A stretch of DNA of 64,000 nucleotides from contig CAVZRV010000011.1 of assembly GCA_963777605.1 (NCBI GenBank), positions 128,001-192,000 on the forward strand. Direction: 5' to 3'. This document shows positions 39,644-49,941 of this stretch, one piece after another; the stretch's first letter is position 1, and each line of letters opens with the position of its first letter. The notes under the pieces are model-generated. The model worked only from the letters and a program-made list of their open reading frames with translations. It searched no databases and had not been told where the DNA came from. Origin of the DNA: an uncultured Acidobacteriota bacterium (GTDB lineage: Bacteria > Acidobacteriota > UBA6911 > RPQK01 > JAPXNP01). The translations under genes and the position numbers were made by a program.

Positions 39644-40918
39644 TTATGCAGCTTCCCTCTGAATTTTATTACCTTCAGACCTGATTTTCTCCTGCAGATG
39701 AGAGACCGCTGCATCGAACTGCTGCTTGTCAATCGCTGAGTCCAGGCGGGCGTAAAAATCATCGCCCAACTCTTCATCCTCGGCCCCCGTCGAGTTGTCG
39801 AAGTAGAAGTTAGAAATGAACTCCCTGGCAGGGGACAAAACATCAGGTTCGAGTCCCGAGTCCCGATATTCCTCGGACTGAAGTGGCTTGCCGTCGGGTC
39901 GGACCAGCAACCCGGTTGAGAGGAACAGGTGTGCCCCGCTGCGCAGGATAAATTCGTGCTGGATGGAACCATGCCCATTCGATCGTTCTCCAACCGTATC
40001 GGCAATACCATTGTCTTTCAGCGCAGCCGCAAGGACTTCCGCCGGCCCACTGGTACCACCGTCAACCAGAATTACGACCGGAAGATCTTTCACTACAGGT
40101 TCCGACGTAGAGGAATAAACCGAAGTGTCACCCTTCCGGGTCTTGATGACGGAGATCTGCGCACCAACCGGAAGCAACGCGTCTGCCATTGCGACTCCTT
40201 CTTCGAGTTCCCCGTCTGCAGTCGACCTCAGGTCAAGCAAAATCCCCTTCGCTCCCGAGGACAGAAGCACTTTGATCTTGGTCTTGGCCATTTCAACCGA
40301 ACCCTTGTCGAAGTTGGGAATCCTCAAGTAGCCCAAATTCTCCTGAACGAGTCGAGCTGAGGGCACCTGGACGGGAGGAGTCGCCCGCTCCAGCGAAAGA
40401 TCCTGCGGTTCCGATCTCCGTGAGCGGATCACCCGAAGATTGACGGCCGATCCAACTGGACCCAAGAGCCGCCGCTCTGCTTCCCATACGCTCATCAGGA
40501 CGGTCGGTTGCCCTTCGATCGCTTCGATCATGTCCCCGGACCTCAGGCCATTCTCTTCAGCCGGACTGCCTTCCTCGACCGCCACAATGTAGGCATAGCC
40601 GTACCTTTTTGAAAGGGAAACTCCGATCTGCGCATCCCCTTTCGGCTGTGCCAGTGCCTCGTAGGTTTCCCCGTCGACGTAACTGGAGAACGGATCGAGG
40701 GCTTCCACCATCCCCTGAAGCGCGCCCTTGAGCGCTTTCTTCATGTCCGGGTTCTCAACGTAGTCGCGCTGGAGGTGATCGATCACCTTCGAAAACACGG
40801 CCAGATCGTCGTAGGCATCATCGCCGGCGGAGACTTTCTGCAGCACTCCCCCGACCAGACCGTAAGTGACGACCAAGGTGGACAATAGAAGAACGACTAA
40901 CTTGGTTTTTTCACGCAT
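39644..40918 (-). CDS. S41A (CtpA-like) PDZ protease homologue with degenerate catalytic motifs
   Basis: N-terminal anchor, LDPFSSY, PDZ domain, GYLRIPNF, LDLR, P.VILVD...E and GLEPD. The canonical SASASE is replaced by TSGPAE and GKG by GHG. Confidence 0.8.
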   Translation of the reverse strand: MREKTKLVVLLLSTLVVTYGLVGGVLQKVSAGDDAYDDLAVFSKVIDHLQRDYVENPDMKKALKGALQGMVEALDPFSSYVDGETYEALAQPKGDAQIGVSLSKRYGYAYIVAVEEGSPAEENGLRSGDMIEAIEGQPTVLMSVWEAERRLLGPVGSAVNLRVIRSRRSEPQDLSLERATPPVQVPSARLVQENLGYLRIPNFDKGSVEMAKTKIKVLLSSGAKGILLDLRSTADGELEEGVAMADALLPVGAQISVIKTRKGDTSVYSSTSEPVVKDLPVVILVDGGTSGPAEVLAAALKDNGIADTVGERSNGHGSIQHEFILRSGAHLFLSTGLLVRPDGKPLQSEEYRDSGLEPDVLSPAREFISNFYFDNSTGAEDEELGDDFYARLDSAIDKQQFDAAVSHLQEKIRSEGNKIQREAA

Positions 40919-41141
40919 TTGATTAGACGCTGTCCTGATGAAGGATTTCAAAGATGACCGCTAATAGCTTATTCAATATCAGTCATTTCAAGCAAGCGCG
41001 AAGTCTCCCGCGCAAAATAACCAATACACCGGCGGCATTGTCCCGCTAGAATTATGGATGCTGAAAGTATTATTTGGTTGCCCTGTCTCACGGCAAAGCA
41101 ACCACAACAGAACCATGGAACGCGATCCGGCCGGGAATCAG

Positions 41142-41579
41142 ATGACGACCAGATTCAGTCGATGGATGGCCCTTGATGTAGGGCGGCGAAAGATCGGCGT
41201 GGCCCTGTCCGACCCCCTGAGAATCACGGCAAGCCCGATCGAGACGTTGATACGGGGGGACGAATCGGCGGTCCTGAACCGGATCGAGGAACTCGTTGCC
41301 AAGAACGAGGTGGAGCGTGTCGTCATCGGCCGCCCCCTCCGCCTGAATGGAGAGCGATCGGAAACCGTGGATATGGTGGAAGCCTTCGTCCAGAAACTCC
41401 GCGGTCAGATAACCGTTCCTGTCGAGTGGGCCGAGGAACGCCTCTCCAGCAAAGAGGCAGAACGAGTCATGTCCGAACTCAAAATCCCCGTCGCCGACCG
41501 CCGTCGCCGAAGGGACGAAGTAGCCGCTGCGCTGATTCTCCAGTGGTACATCGAGGAGCAGGGTGAAGCGCGCGCTTAA
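41142..41579 (+). CDS. ruvX: Holliday junction resolvase-like / pre-16S rRNA nuclease YqgF
   Basis: ALDVGRRKIGVALSDP, VIGRP, EERLSSKEA and DEVAAALILQ; start codon uncertain (41115 or 41142). Confidence 0.92.
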   Translation: MTTRFSRWMALDVGRRKIGVALSDPLRITASPIETLIRGDESAVLNRIEELVAKNEVERVVIGRPLRLNGERSETVDMVEAFVQKLRGQITVPVEWAEERLSSKEAERVMSELKIPVADRRRRRDEVAAALILQWYIEEQGEARA

Positions 41580-42586
41580 GTCTGTTCTGGTGATCCTCTT
41601 GATTTCGGGGCCTTTGGTCGACGGGAACCCTGCTGTTCGTGGGCTGGAACTTCTGGAAAGAGCAAATCCGCACACCCTACCACGGGTACCTTGAAGCGGA
41701 GTGCCGGGTGGCCATTCCGTTTGGAGCCGGAATCCAGGAGATCGGCGCTCGTTTGGAGAGCGCAGGAGTCATCAAGTCCTCCCGTCTTTTCGTGCTGTAC
41801 ATGCGCCTCCAGGGCGATCCCACGCTTATGGCAGGTGAGTACCAGTTTGCCGCCCCACTGAGCATTCCCCAAGTCGTTGAAAAACTTCACCAGGGAGACG
41901 TAGTGAAACGCAAGTTCACCGTTCCTGAAGGGCTTGGCTTGACTGAAATCGCCGTCCTCTGGGAAGAGCGCGGCAACGGGCGCGCAGTGGATTTCGTCCG
42001 CGCGGCGACCAACGCTTCATTGATATCGGACCTCGACCCGGACGCTCGTGACCTGGAAGGCTACCTGTTCCCGGAAACCTACTTTCTCTCGGCAGAAACG
42101 GATGAGGCGCAACTGGTCGGCAGGATGGTCCAGAAGTTCCGGACGTTCTGGACCCCGGAACGGCAGGAGGGGGCCCGCAGCTTTCGAATGACGGTTCGGG
42201 AAATCGTTACGCTGGCCTCACTCGTGGAGAAGGAGACCGGTACCCCGTCAGAGCGCCCGCTGGTTTCCGCCGTCTTTCATAACCGGCTTCGGTTGGGTAT
42301 CCGATTGATGTGTGATCCCACAGTGATCTACGCCGTTCGGCTTCGCAAGCCCTACGACGGAGTCATCAATCAGAGCGATCTCAAACTCGATTCGCCCTAC
42401 AACACCTACCTCTACCCTGGCCTCCCTCCGGGTCCGATCGCCAACCCCGGGGCGCAGTCCATCGACGCCGCATTGAACCCTGCCCCCGCCGACTACCTCT
42501 ATTTCGTGTCCAAGAATGACGGTACCCACATATTTTCTCGGGACTACGGCAGCCACCAGCGGGCCGTTGAGCGTTATCAGCGCTGA
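41563..42586 (+). CDS. mltG: Endolytic transglycosylase MltG; +1 frameshift at about 41607-41610 in the TM anchor
   Basis: AGEY, TVPEG, LEGYLFPETY, LASLVEKE, VFHNRL, CDPTVIY and SPYNTY..PGLPPGPIANPG. GAGGAG plus GTG at 41563 joins the main frame if one G of G4 is removed. Confidence 0.92.
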
Positions 42587-42705
42587 TTGCCAGTGTCATT
42601 CGCAAGCCCCCTCCGCAGGTGCATGCCAGTTTCTGACTCAGGACAGTGGGATTCCGGTGCTTGGCCGTTCCCCCCAGTTGAATTAAGATGGAGCTTGATT
42701 CCACC

Positions 42706-43287
42706 ATGAAAAAGGGTCTTCCGATCATACTGTTGCTCCTCGTCGTCCCAGTCCTTCTACCGGGACAAGCCTACATCCCGCCACCGCTGCGCATTCAGGT
42801 TCCGTTCGAGGCTGCCTGGAACGCCATGCACGACGCGCTTCAGGCACGCAACGCACGAATCGACCACGAAAACCGTGGCCGAGGTGAAATCAGGACGGAA
42901 TACACCGAGTTCATTTCGGGGCCTTTGACGAAAGACTATCTTCCCAAGCTCGGGGAAACCCCCAAACTCGGGGATGCGTATTGGGTAAAGGCTGAATTCC
43001 GTTACGACATCACCGTCCAGTTGATCGAAGCAAAGGAAACCCTGGTCTATATCAACACCGATGTCAGAGGGCTCAAACGTGATTTCCTCGGCAAGGAGAC
43101 CTGGGTTTCAATCCCGACCAACGGGAACAAGGAAGAAGAATTGCTGAATCAGTTCGGCAGGCGCCTTTTCGGGGAGCGCTTCACACTCGATACCCCGGGG
43201 CCTGGTTTGTGGCGGCGGGAGCCTCGAAACACTCCGTCTGATTTGAGCGGGCGGGTCCCGAGAACGACCGGACCTGAAAGACCATGA
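42706..43287 (+). CDS. Exported hypothetical protein, possible BamC/NlpB-like helix-grip fold
   Basis: Signal peptide; PFEAAWNAM...L......I...N...G.I.TEY pattern; ATGA overlap with the next gene. Confidence 0.5.
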   Translation: MKKGLPIILLLLVVPVLLPGQAYIPPPLRIQVPFEAAWNAMHDALQARNARIDHENRGRGEIRTEYTEFISGPLTKDYLPKLGETPKLGDAYWVKAEFRYDITVQLIEAKETLVYINTDVRGLKRDFLGKETWVSIPTNGNKEEELLNQFGRRLFGERFTLDTPGPGLWRREPRNTPSDLSGRVPRTTGPERP

Positions 43288-43913
43288 ACCCTGAACTTGT
43301 CGACATCCTGGACCGCGCATTGCGCTACTCCATCTGGGTCTTCCTGCTTTCGTACGTGCTGATTCTTCTGGCGGCGCGGACCAGGGTCCGGAAGAAGAAA
43401 CAGCGGGTAGGGGATCTCTACGAAAAAATGGGGGAGGCAGAGGAAGCCACGCCGGTCCAGTCTTTTCACTTGAGTGACTGGCCGATCGCGTTCAACAGCA
43501 TGCTGCTGGCGTTGATCTGCGGGGGATTGTTTTTTGTGGTCTACACGCTGGTGCCCTTTCCAACCGTTCAGAACCTGGTGACTACGTCAAACTGGCAGGT
43601 AGTGCCGCTACGGGTTACCCAGGTCAAGTATGATCGCTACTACGAAGGGTTTTCCGTTTCCGGTGAGGTCTGGAACCAAACCCAGGAACCAATGTCCGAC
43701 ATTCGACTCCAGGTCGAAGTGATCGGAACCGATGACAAACCGATCGACGAGTTTGAAGCGAAGCTCGACAAGAATCCGCTCCCTCCGGGAGAGTCGAGTC
43801 ATTTTGAGTTCAAATACGAAAAGAACTCTCCCTTCATCAAAGGATATCGCTTGACTTTTCTCGCTCCCGGCGGGGCCACGATCCCCCATTTGACCGGCTT
43901 TGACACCCGGTAG
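43284..43913 (+). CDS. Membrane protein with C-terminal FxLYD-like Ig domain
   Basis: Two TM helices, then VSGEVWNQT....DIRLQVEV...DDK.ID...PLPPGESSHFEF. Confidence 0.6.
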   Translation: MNPELVDILDRALRYSIWVFLLSYVLILLAARTRVRKKKQRVGDLYEKMGEAEEATPVQSFHLSDWPIAFNSMLLALICGGLFFVVYTLVPFPTVQNLVTTSNWQVVPLRVTQVKYDRYYEGFSVSGEVWNQTQEPMSDIRLQVEVIGTDDKPIDEFEAKLDKNPLPPGESSHFEFKYEKNSPFIKGYRLTFLAPGGATIPHLTGFDTR

Positions 43914-43931
43914 CCCCTGATCATCCGAACG

Positions 43932-45677
43932 ATGAAGCAACATTCCCTTTTGCGTCTGCTGCCGTATCTCCGGAAGTATCGCGGACGGCTTCTCCTCGGC
44001 TCGCTGATGGTGCTCTTTTCCAATTCGGCAGGAGTCGCCATCCCCTGGGTCCTGAAGGAAGCGACCAACACGATTCAGTCCGGGGCATTCACCGGTCTCC
44101 AGATTGCAAAGTTTGCCCTGATCATTCTTCTGTTGAGTGCGATCGAGGGCATCTTCAGGTTCCTGATGCGCCGCATCATGATCGGCGTCTCCCGATACAT
44201 CGAGTTTGATCTCCGTAACGATCTTTTTGCCCACCTCCAGAAGATGGCGGTCCCTTTCTTCCAGAGCCGGTCCACCGGCGACATCATGGCCCGATCCACC
44301 AATGACCTGTCGGCCGTGCGATCAGTGCTTGGCCCCGGGATCATGTACTCGGTCAACACTCTCTTCACGACCGTTCTGGCAGTCTCAGTCCTCCTCTCGA
44401 TCAGCCCATACCTGGGTATTGTGACGTTGATTCCCCTGGCCCTGGTGACACTGTCTACCTCGCTGTTCGGCAAGCAGATCCATGAACGGTTCGAGAAAAT
44501 CCAGGAACAGTTCTCCGTCTTGACCACGCTTGCCCAGGAAAATGTCTCGGGAATGCGTGTCGTCAAGGCCTACAACCAGGAGTCGGCATTTGAAGCGAGA
44601 TTTCGGGATGCCAACCAGGAGTACCTGGTCCGCAGCCTTTCCCTGGTCCGAATCTGGGGGGCATTCCAGCCGCTGCTCTCCCTGCTTCTGGGACTGTCTC
44701 TCCTGGTCCTGCTCTGGTACGGTGGGCATCAGGTCGTCAGCGGGGTCATCACGCTGGGTGATTTTGTCGCATTTATCGCCTACCTCTCCATGCTGACCTG
44801 GCCGACGATTGCCCTCGGGTTCGTGATCAACCTGTTCGAGCGCGGGGCCGCCTCGATGAGTCGAATCAACGAGATCTTCGATTCTTCGCCCGGCGTGGAT
44901 GCCCATGAGGCCGGCGAAGTCAGCCGGATCAGAGGAGAAATCGAGTTCCGCGACCTGCATTTCTCCTACAACGGTACCCCGGTCCTGGAGGGCGTCAGCT
45001 TCCGGGTCCCCGCGGGTGAGACGCTGGCGGTCGTAGGAAGGACAGGTTCCGGCAAATCAACCTTGATGGACCTGCTGTGCCGCCTCCACCCAGTTCCGGA
45101 GAACTCAATCTTCATCGACGGAGTGGACATCAACCAGATCCCGCTGTCCGTACTGAGGCAGTCGATCGGATACGCTCCCCAGGAAGCGTTCCTCTTTTCC
45201 GACACAATTCGGGGAAACATCGCATTTGGGAAGCCGGAGGCCACCCCGGAGGAAGTTGAGGAGGCCGCCGCCGGAAGCAATATCCTCCCCGACATCGAGG
45301 ACTTCCCGGATCGCTTCGAGACATTCGTCGGCGAGCGTGGAATCACCCTCTCGGGAGGGCAGAAGCAACGCGTCACGATCAGCAGGGCACTCCTCGTGAA
45401 GCCCCGAATCCTGATCCTTGACGACTCGCTCTCGGCCGTCGACACGGAAACCGAGGAGACCATCCTTCAGCGACTGGGTGCGCACCTCGGGGGGCGGACG
45501 GCAGTTATCATTTCGCACCGCGTTTCAACGATCAAGGGAGCTGACCAGATCATCGTCCTTGACGAAGGCCGCATCGTCGAACGGGGAACTCACGACGACC
45601 TCCTGGCAGTAAACGGCTTCTACGCCGACCTTCACGCGAAACAGTTGTTGCGGGAGGAACTGGACCTGACCACATGA
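43932..45677 (+). CDS. ABC exporter, fused permease/ATPase, subunit 1 (MdlA/TM287-like, degenerate Walker B)
   Basis: Six-TM domain plus GRTGSGKS, LSGGQKQR and ILILDDSLSAVD. Confidence 0.92.
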   Translation: MKQHSLLRLLPYLRKYRGRLLLGSLMVLFSNSAGVAIPWVLKEATNTIQSGAFTGLQIAKFALIILLLSAIEGIFRFLMRRIMIGVSRYIEFDLRNDLFAHLQKMAVPFFQSRSTGDIMARSTNDLSAVRSVLGPGIMYSVNTLFTTVLAVSVLLSISPYLGIVTLIPLALVTLSTSLFGKQIHERFEKIQEQFSVLTTLAQENVSGMRVVKAYNQESAFEARFRDANQEYLVRSLSLVRIWGAFQPLLSLLLGLSLLVLLWYGGHQVVSGVITLGDFVAFIAYLSMLTWPTIALGFVINLFERGAASMSRINEIFDSSPGVDAHEAGEVSRIRGEIEFRDLHFSYNGTPVLEGVSFRVPAGETLAVVGRTGSGKSTLMDLLCRLHPVPENSIFIDGVDINQIPLSVLRQSIGYAPQEAFLFSDTIRGNIAFGKPEATPEEVEEAAAGSNILPDIEDFPDRFETFVGERGITLSGGQKQRVTISRALLVKPRILILDDSLSAVDTETEETILQRLGAHLGGRTAVIISHRVSTIKGADQIIVLDEGRIVERGTHDDLLAVNGFYADLHAKQLLREELDLTT

Positions 45678-47455
45678 ACGAGTACCACGAAGAGGAACAA
45701 CTCGGCCGCATTTACGACCACCGGCTGGCGAGGCGACTGCTTCGGTACCTCGGGCCCTACCGGTGGGTCGTCGTTCTTTCGGTGGCACTGCTCATCGTGG
45801 TCTCGGTCCTTCGCCTCGCCGGGCCGCTGCTGACCGAAATCGCCATCGACGACCATATCCAAAAGGGTGACGCCGCCGGCCTGACCAGAATCGCCCTGCT
45901 CTTCCTGGTGATCCTGGTATCGCAATTCGGTGTCTCGTTCATCCAGACCTACCTCACAAACTGGACCGGACAGAAGATCATGTACGACCTCCGGACCGAG
46001 ATCTTCGGCCATGTCCAGCAACTGGACCTGAGCTACTTCGACCGGACCCCGATCGGTCGGATCATCACCCGGATGACGACCGACGTCGATGTACTCAACG
46101 AGCTGTTTACCTCGGGAGTAGTCAACATCTTCGGAGACCTGGTCTCCCTTTTGGGCATCGTCGCGATCATGATCTGGCTCGACTGGAGGCTGGCGCTGCT
46201 CTGCTTCTCGGTGATCCCGCTCCTGTTCGGCGCCACCATGGTCTTCAAGCGAAGGGCCCGAGGAACCTACCGCAGGGTCCGGACCGCCGTCGCGCAAATC
46301 AACTCCTTTCTACAGGAGAACATCACCGGGATGCAGGTGGTTCAGATTTTCAACCAGGAACCCCGAAAACTCGGCGAGTTCGAAGACCGCAACCGGGATC
46401 ATCTGAACGCGAACCTCGACTCGATCTTCTACTACGCGGTCTACTACCCGGTCATCGACTTTCTCGGGGCAATCTCCATAGGATTGATCATCTGGTACGG
46501 CGGACTAAGCACTCTGGATCAGACCGTCACCCTGGGAGTTCTGGTGGCGTTCATTCAGTACGCCGAGCGGTTCTACAAGCCGATCAGCGACTTGAGCGAG
46601 AAGTTCAACATCCTGCAGAGCGCCATGGCAAGCTCGGAACGGATCTTCGCCCTGCTGGACACCGAATCCGTCATCAAAACTCCCCCGGACGCCGGGAAAC
46701 CCGGGCAGTTCCAGGGGAGCATCGAGTTTCGCGACGTCAGTTTCGCCTACAAGCCGGGGGTACCGGTTCTGAAGAACATCAACCTCCGGGTCGAAGCCGG
46801 CGAAAGGGTTGCGATCGTAGGCGCGACCGGTTCAGGAAAGTCCACCCTGATCAACCTCCTCTGCCGCTTCTATGACGTGGGCGAGGGTGCGATCCTGATC
46901 GACGGCGTCGATATTCGCGAGATGGACCTCGACCACGTTCGCCAGTCGGTGTCGGTCGTTCTCCAGGACGTCTTCCTTTTCAGCGCCACAGTCGAAGAGA
47001 ACGTGGGCCTGTGGGGTCGACCTATTGCTCCGGAGCGCTTGCGGGAAGCGACGAGGCAGGTCCACGCGCACTCGTTCATCGAACGGCTGCCTGACGGGTA
47101 CGCGTCGAAGGTCAGCGAGCGGGGCGGCTCGCTTTCCGTTGGGCAGCGCCAGTTGCTCGCGTTCGCGCGAGCCCTGGCTCACGATCCCCGAATACTCGTC
47201 CTCGACGAAGCCACCTCTTCGGTCGACACCGAAACGGAGCTATTGATCCAGGACGCCATTCATCGCCTGATGGAGCACCAGACGTCACTGATCATCGCCC
47301 ACCGCCTCTCGACGATTCAGGACTGCGACCGGATCGTCGTCTTCCATCGCGGTGAGATCAAGGAAGTGGGCAGCCACAACTCGCTCCTTCAGCTGAGGGG
47401 TCTCTATTACAAGCTTTATCAGCTCCAGTACAAGGACCAGATGACTTTGTGCTAA
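45674..47455 (+). CDS. ABC exporter, fused permease/ATPase, subunit 2 (MdlB/TM288-like)
   Basis: GATGSGKS, degenerate signature LSVGQRQ, LDEATSSVD and IAHRLST; ATGA overlap with subunit 1. Confidence 0.92.
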   Translation: MNEYHEEEQLGRIYDHRLARRLLRYLGPYRWVVVLSVALLIVVSVLRLAGPLLTEIAIDDHIQKGDAAGLTRIALLFLVILVSQFGVSFIQTYLTNWTGQKIMYDLRTEIFGHVQQLDLSYFDRTPIGRIITRMTTDVDVLNELFTSGVVNIFGDLVSLLGIVAIMIWLDWRLALLCFSVIPLLFGATMVFKRRARGTYRRVRTAVAQINSFLQENITGMQVVQIFNQEPRKLGEFEDRNRDHLNANLDSIFYYAVYYPVIDFLGAISIGLIIWYGGLSTLDQTVTLGVLVAFIQYAERFYKPISDLSEKFNILQSAMASSERIFALLDTESVIKTPPDAGKPGQFQGSIEFRDVSFAYKPGVPVLKNINLRVEAGERVAIVGATGSGKSTLINLLCRFYDVGEGAILIDGVDIREMDLDHVRQSVSVVLQDVFLFSATVEENVGLWGRPIAPERLREATRQVHAHSFIERLPDGYASKVSERGGSLSVGQRQLLAFARALAHDPRILVLDEATSSVDTETELLIQDAIHRLMEHQTSLIIAHRLSTIQDCDRIVVFHRGEIKEVGSHNSLLQLRGLYYKLYQLQYKDQMTLC

Positions 47456-47500
47456 ATTTCGAGTCGTGTTGTGTCGATTAACAACGATGGGAGACATGGT

Positions 47501-49937
47501 GTGATCGGAGTCAGGCCAGATTCCTCATTTGAGATCAGGCTGGGCATTTTCGTCGATCCTGAGATCCTGGCTGAGTTCTCTATCGAACTCTGCAGGCGGT
47601 TCCACGTCCTGCCTCTGCGCCGGCTCGGTAAGGGTTTACTGGTAGGGGCCGAGGTGGAGCCCAGCCGCCAAGTCATCCAGGAACTCTCCGGAGAGCTCGG
47701 CAAGCCGGTAGCCATCATTCCCTGCGTCTTTGGGGATTTAGAGGAACTCCTGCGTACTCTCTATTCCGGTTCCGGCGGGCACAAGCGGGTGGGCGAGATG
47801 CTGGCCGAGGAAAACCTCGTCACCGAAGATGAGGTCCAAAAGGCTCTCGACCGACAGAAGACCGAGGCCAAAACCCTCGGTCAGATTTTCCTCGATTTGG
47901 GACTGGTTTCAAAACAGGAACTATCGCAGGTCCTCGCCGCCCAGGAGCGGGCCGGGAACTCCTCGATTCTGCCCACTCTCTTCCTCGACGCCAAGCTGAT
48001 GCAGTTGTTACCAGAAGCGGTCGCCAAACGCTACCGGATTTTGCCCTTGATTAAGTCGGAACACGACTTGGTTGTCGCTTCGGGAGACCACCTGGACGAG
48101 ACCCAGCGGGCCGAGATCGAATCGTCCGTCCATCTCAAACTTCGGACGATGGCAGCCGATTCAAGCGAAATTGGGCCGGCCATCGAACGTTTCTATGGCC
48201 GGTTGAAGAGGCGGCGATTGAAGGACCTGCCCCTCGGCGAAGTCCTCGTCGGAGAAGGGCTGGTCAGCCAGGATCAGCTGAACCACTGTCTCTCCGAACA
48301 GAAACTGAGCGGAAAGAAGCTGGGAGAGATCCTCGTTGAAAAGCGATTTGTCAGTGAAGACGCGGTCCTGACTGCAGTCGCAGCCAAGCTGGGCTGCGGG
48401 TTTCGTCGCTTTGCCACCTCCGAAATCGAACTCGAGCTTTCCAAACTCATGCCCAAGCGATTCGCCGAGCAGAATCACGTCCTGCTCCTCGGGAAAGACT
48501 CCAAGACCCAGGAAGCCCTGGTTGTGATGGCAGACCCGGCGGACCTGAATCTGCGTGACATCCTCGACGGCCTCCTGTCACCCCACGGACTGAAACTCAA
48601 GCCGATTCTGGGAGCCCCAAGCAATATCGAGGCAGGGATCAACTTCACCTACCGGTCCCGGGGCCTGCTGGAATCGGCCGAGGAGATGGAGACCGTCACC
48701 ATACACAACCGGGAAAGCGAAGACCTCATGCTGGCGGCCAACGCTCCTGAAATCAAACGCATCCTCAACCAGCTCCTGTACAGCGCGGTAACGGAGGGCG
48801 TCAGCGACATTCATATCGAGAATCTGGAGACGAGCGTTGGGATCCGATTTCGGATCGACGGTGTTCTGGAGGATCGCATCACCGCCGATCAACAAGGAGA
48901 ACATCGCCAACGTCATTTCGGTACTCAAGGTCGACTCGGGTCTGGACATCGCCGAGCGTCGGCGATCTCAGGACGGCGTTTTCAAGAAGCGGATCGGGAA
49001 GGACCGTTTCATCGACTTCCGGATAAATCTCCATGCCACTCCGTTCGGAGAGGATGCCGTAATCCGGATTCTCGACCGGGACAAGAACCTCCTCCCTTTG
49101 GAGAAACTGGGATTTTCCAACAGCACCCTCGACACCTACCTCAGGTTGATCGAGAACCCTCAGGGGCTGATTCTTTTCACGGGGCCGACCGGTTCTGGGA
49201 AGACGACGACCCTCTACTCCACGCTGACCTACCTGAACAAGGGGAACAAGAAGATCGTAACGGCCGAGGACCCGATCGAATACGTGTTACCCGGCATCTC
49301 CCAGTACCAGGTCAACGAAGCCATCGGGAATACTTTCGACGACTATGCGCGCCGGTTTCTCAGAAAGGACCCGGACATTATCCTGATTGGGGAAATCCGG
49401 GACAACAAGACCGCGAAGGCCTGCGTCGATGCCGCCATGACCGGCCACCTGGTCTTCAGCACGCTTCACACCAACGATGCCGTCGGAGTGGTCCGCCGAC
49501 TTCAAAATCTCGACATTGCCGGAGAAATGATCTCCGACTCGCTGCTGCTCGTGGTCTCCCAGCGCCTGGCCAGGAGGAACTGCCCCCAGTGCTCCGAGCC
49601 GTATCAGCCCGATCCCCGACAGTTGGAGACGTTCTTTCCCCGAGGCGTGCCCTCAGACGTTCAATTCGTTCGGGGACTTGGCTGCGATGCCTGCCGTCTC
49701 AAGGGATACCGCGGCCGCGTCGCGCTGTACGAGTTCTGGGAAGTGGGGTCAGAGACACGGCGGATCATTGCGCGGCGTGGCCGGGAAGAGGAGATTCGGG
49801 AAATGGGCCTCCAAGAAGGCTTCCGAGTCCTTCTCGCCGACGCACTCTCCAAGGTATTGTCCCAGATGACCACGATCGAAGAACTCAGCCGCGTCGTTTC
49901 CATCGACCAACTCCAGCGCTACGCCGCCGTGATCTGA
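47501..49937 (+). CDS. GspE/PilB-family secretion ATPase with three N-terminal GSPII/MshEN modules; +1 frameshift at about 48882
   Basis: SDIHIE..IRFRIDGVL, then in the +1 frame LDIAERRRSQDG, GPTGSGKTTTLY, TAEDPIEY, DPDIILIGEIRD, GHLVFSTLHTND, CPQC/CDAC and GYRGR. Removing one C gives ITPINKEN. Confidence 0.88.
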
Positions 49938-49941
49938 CCGG

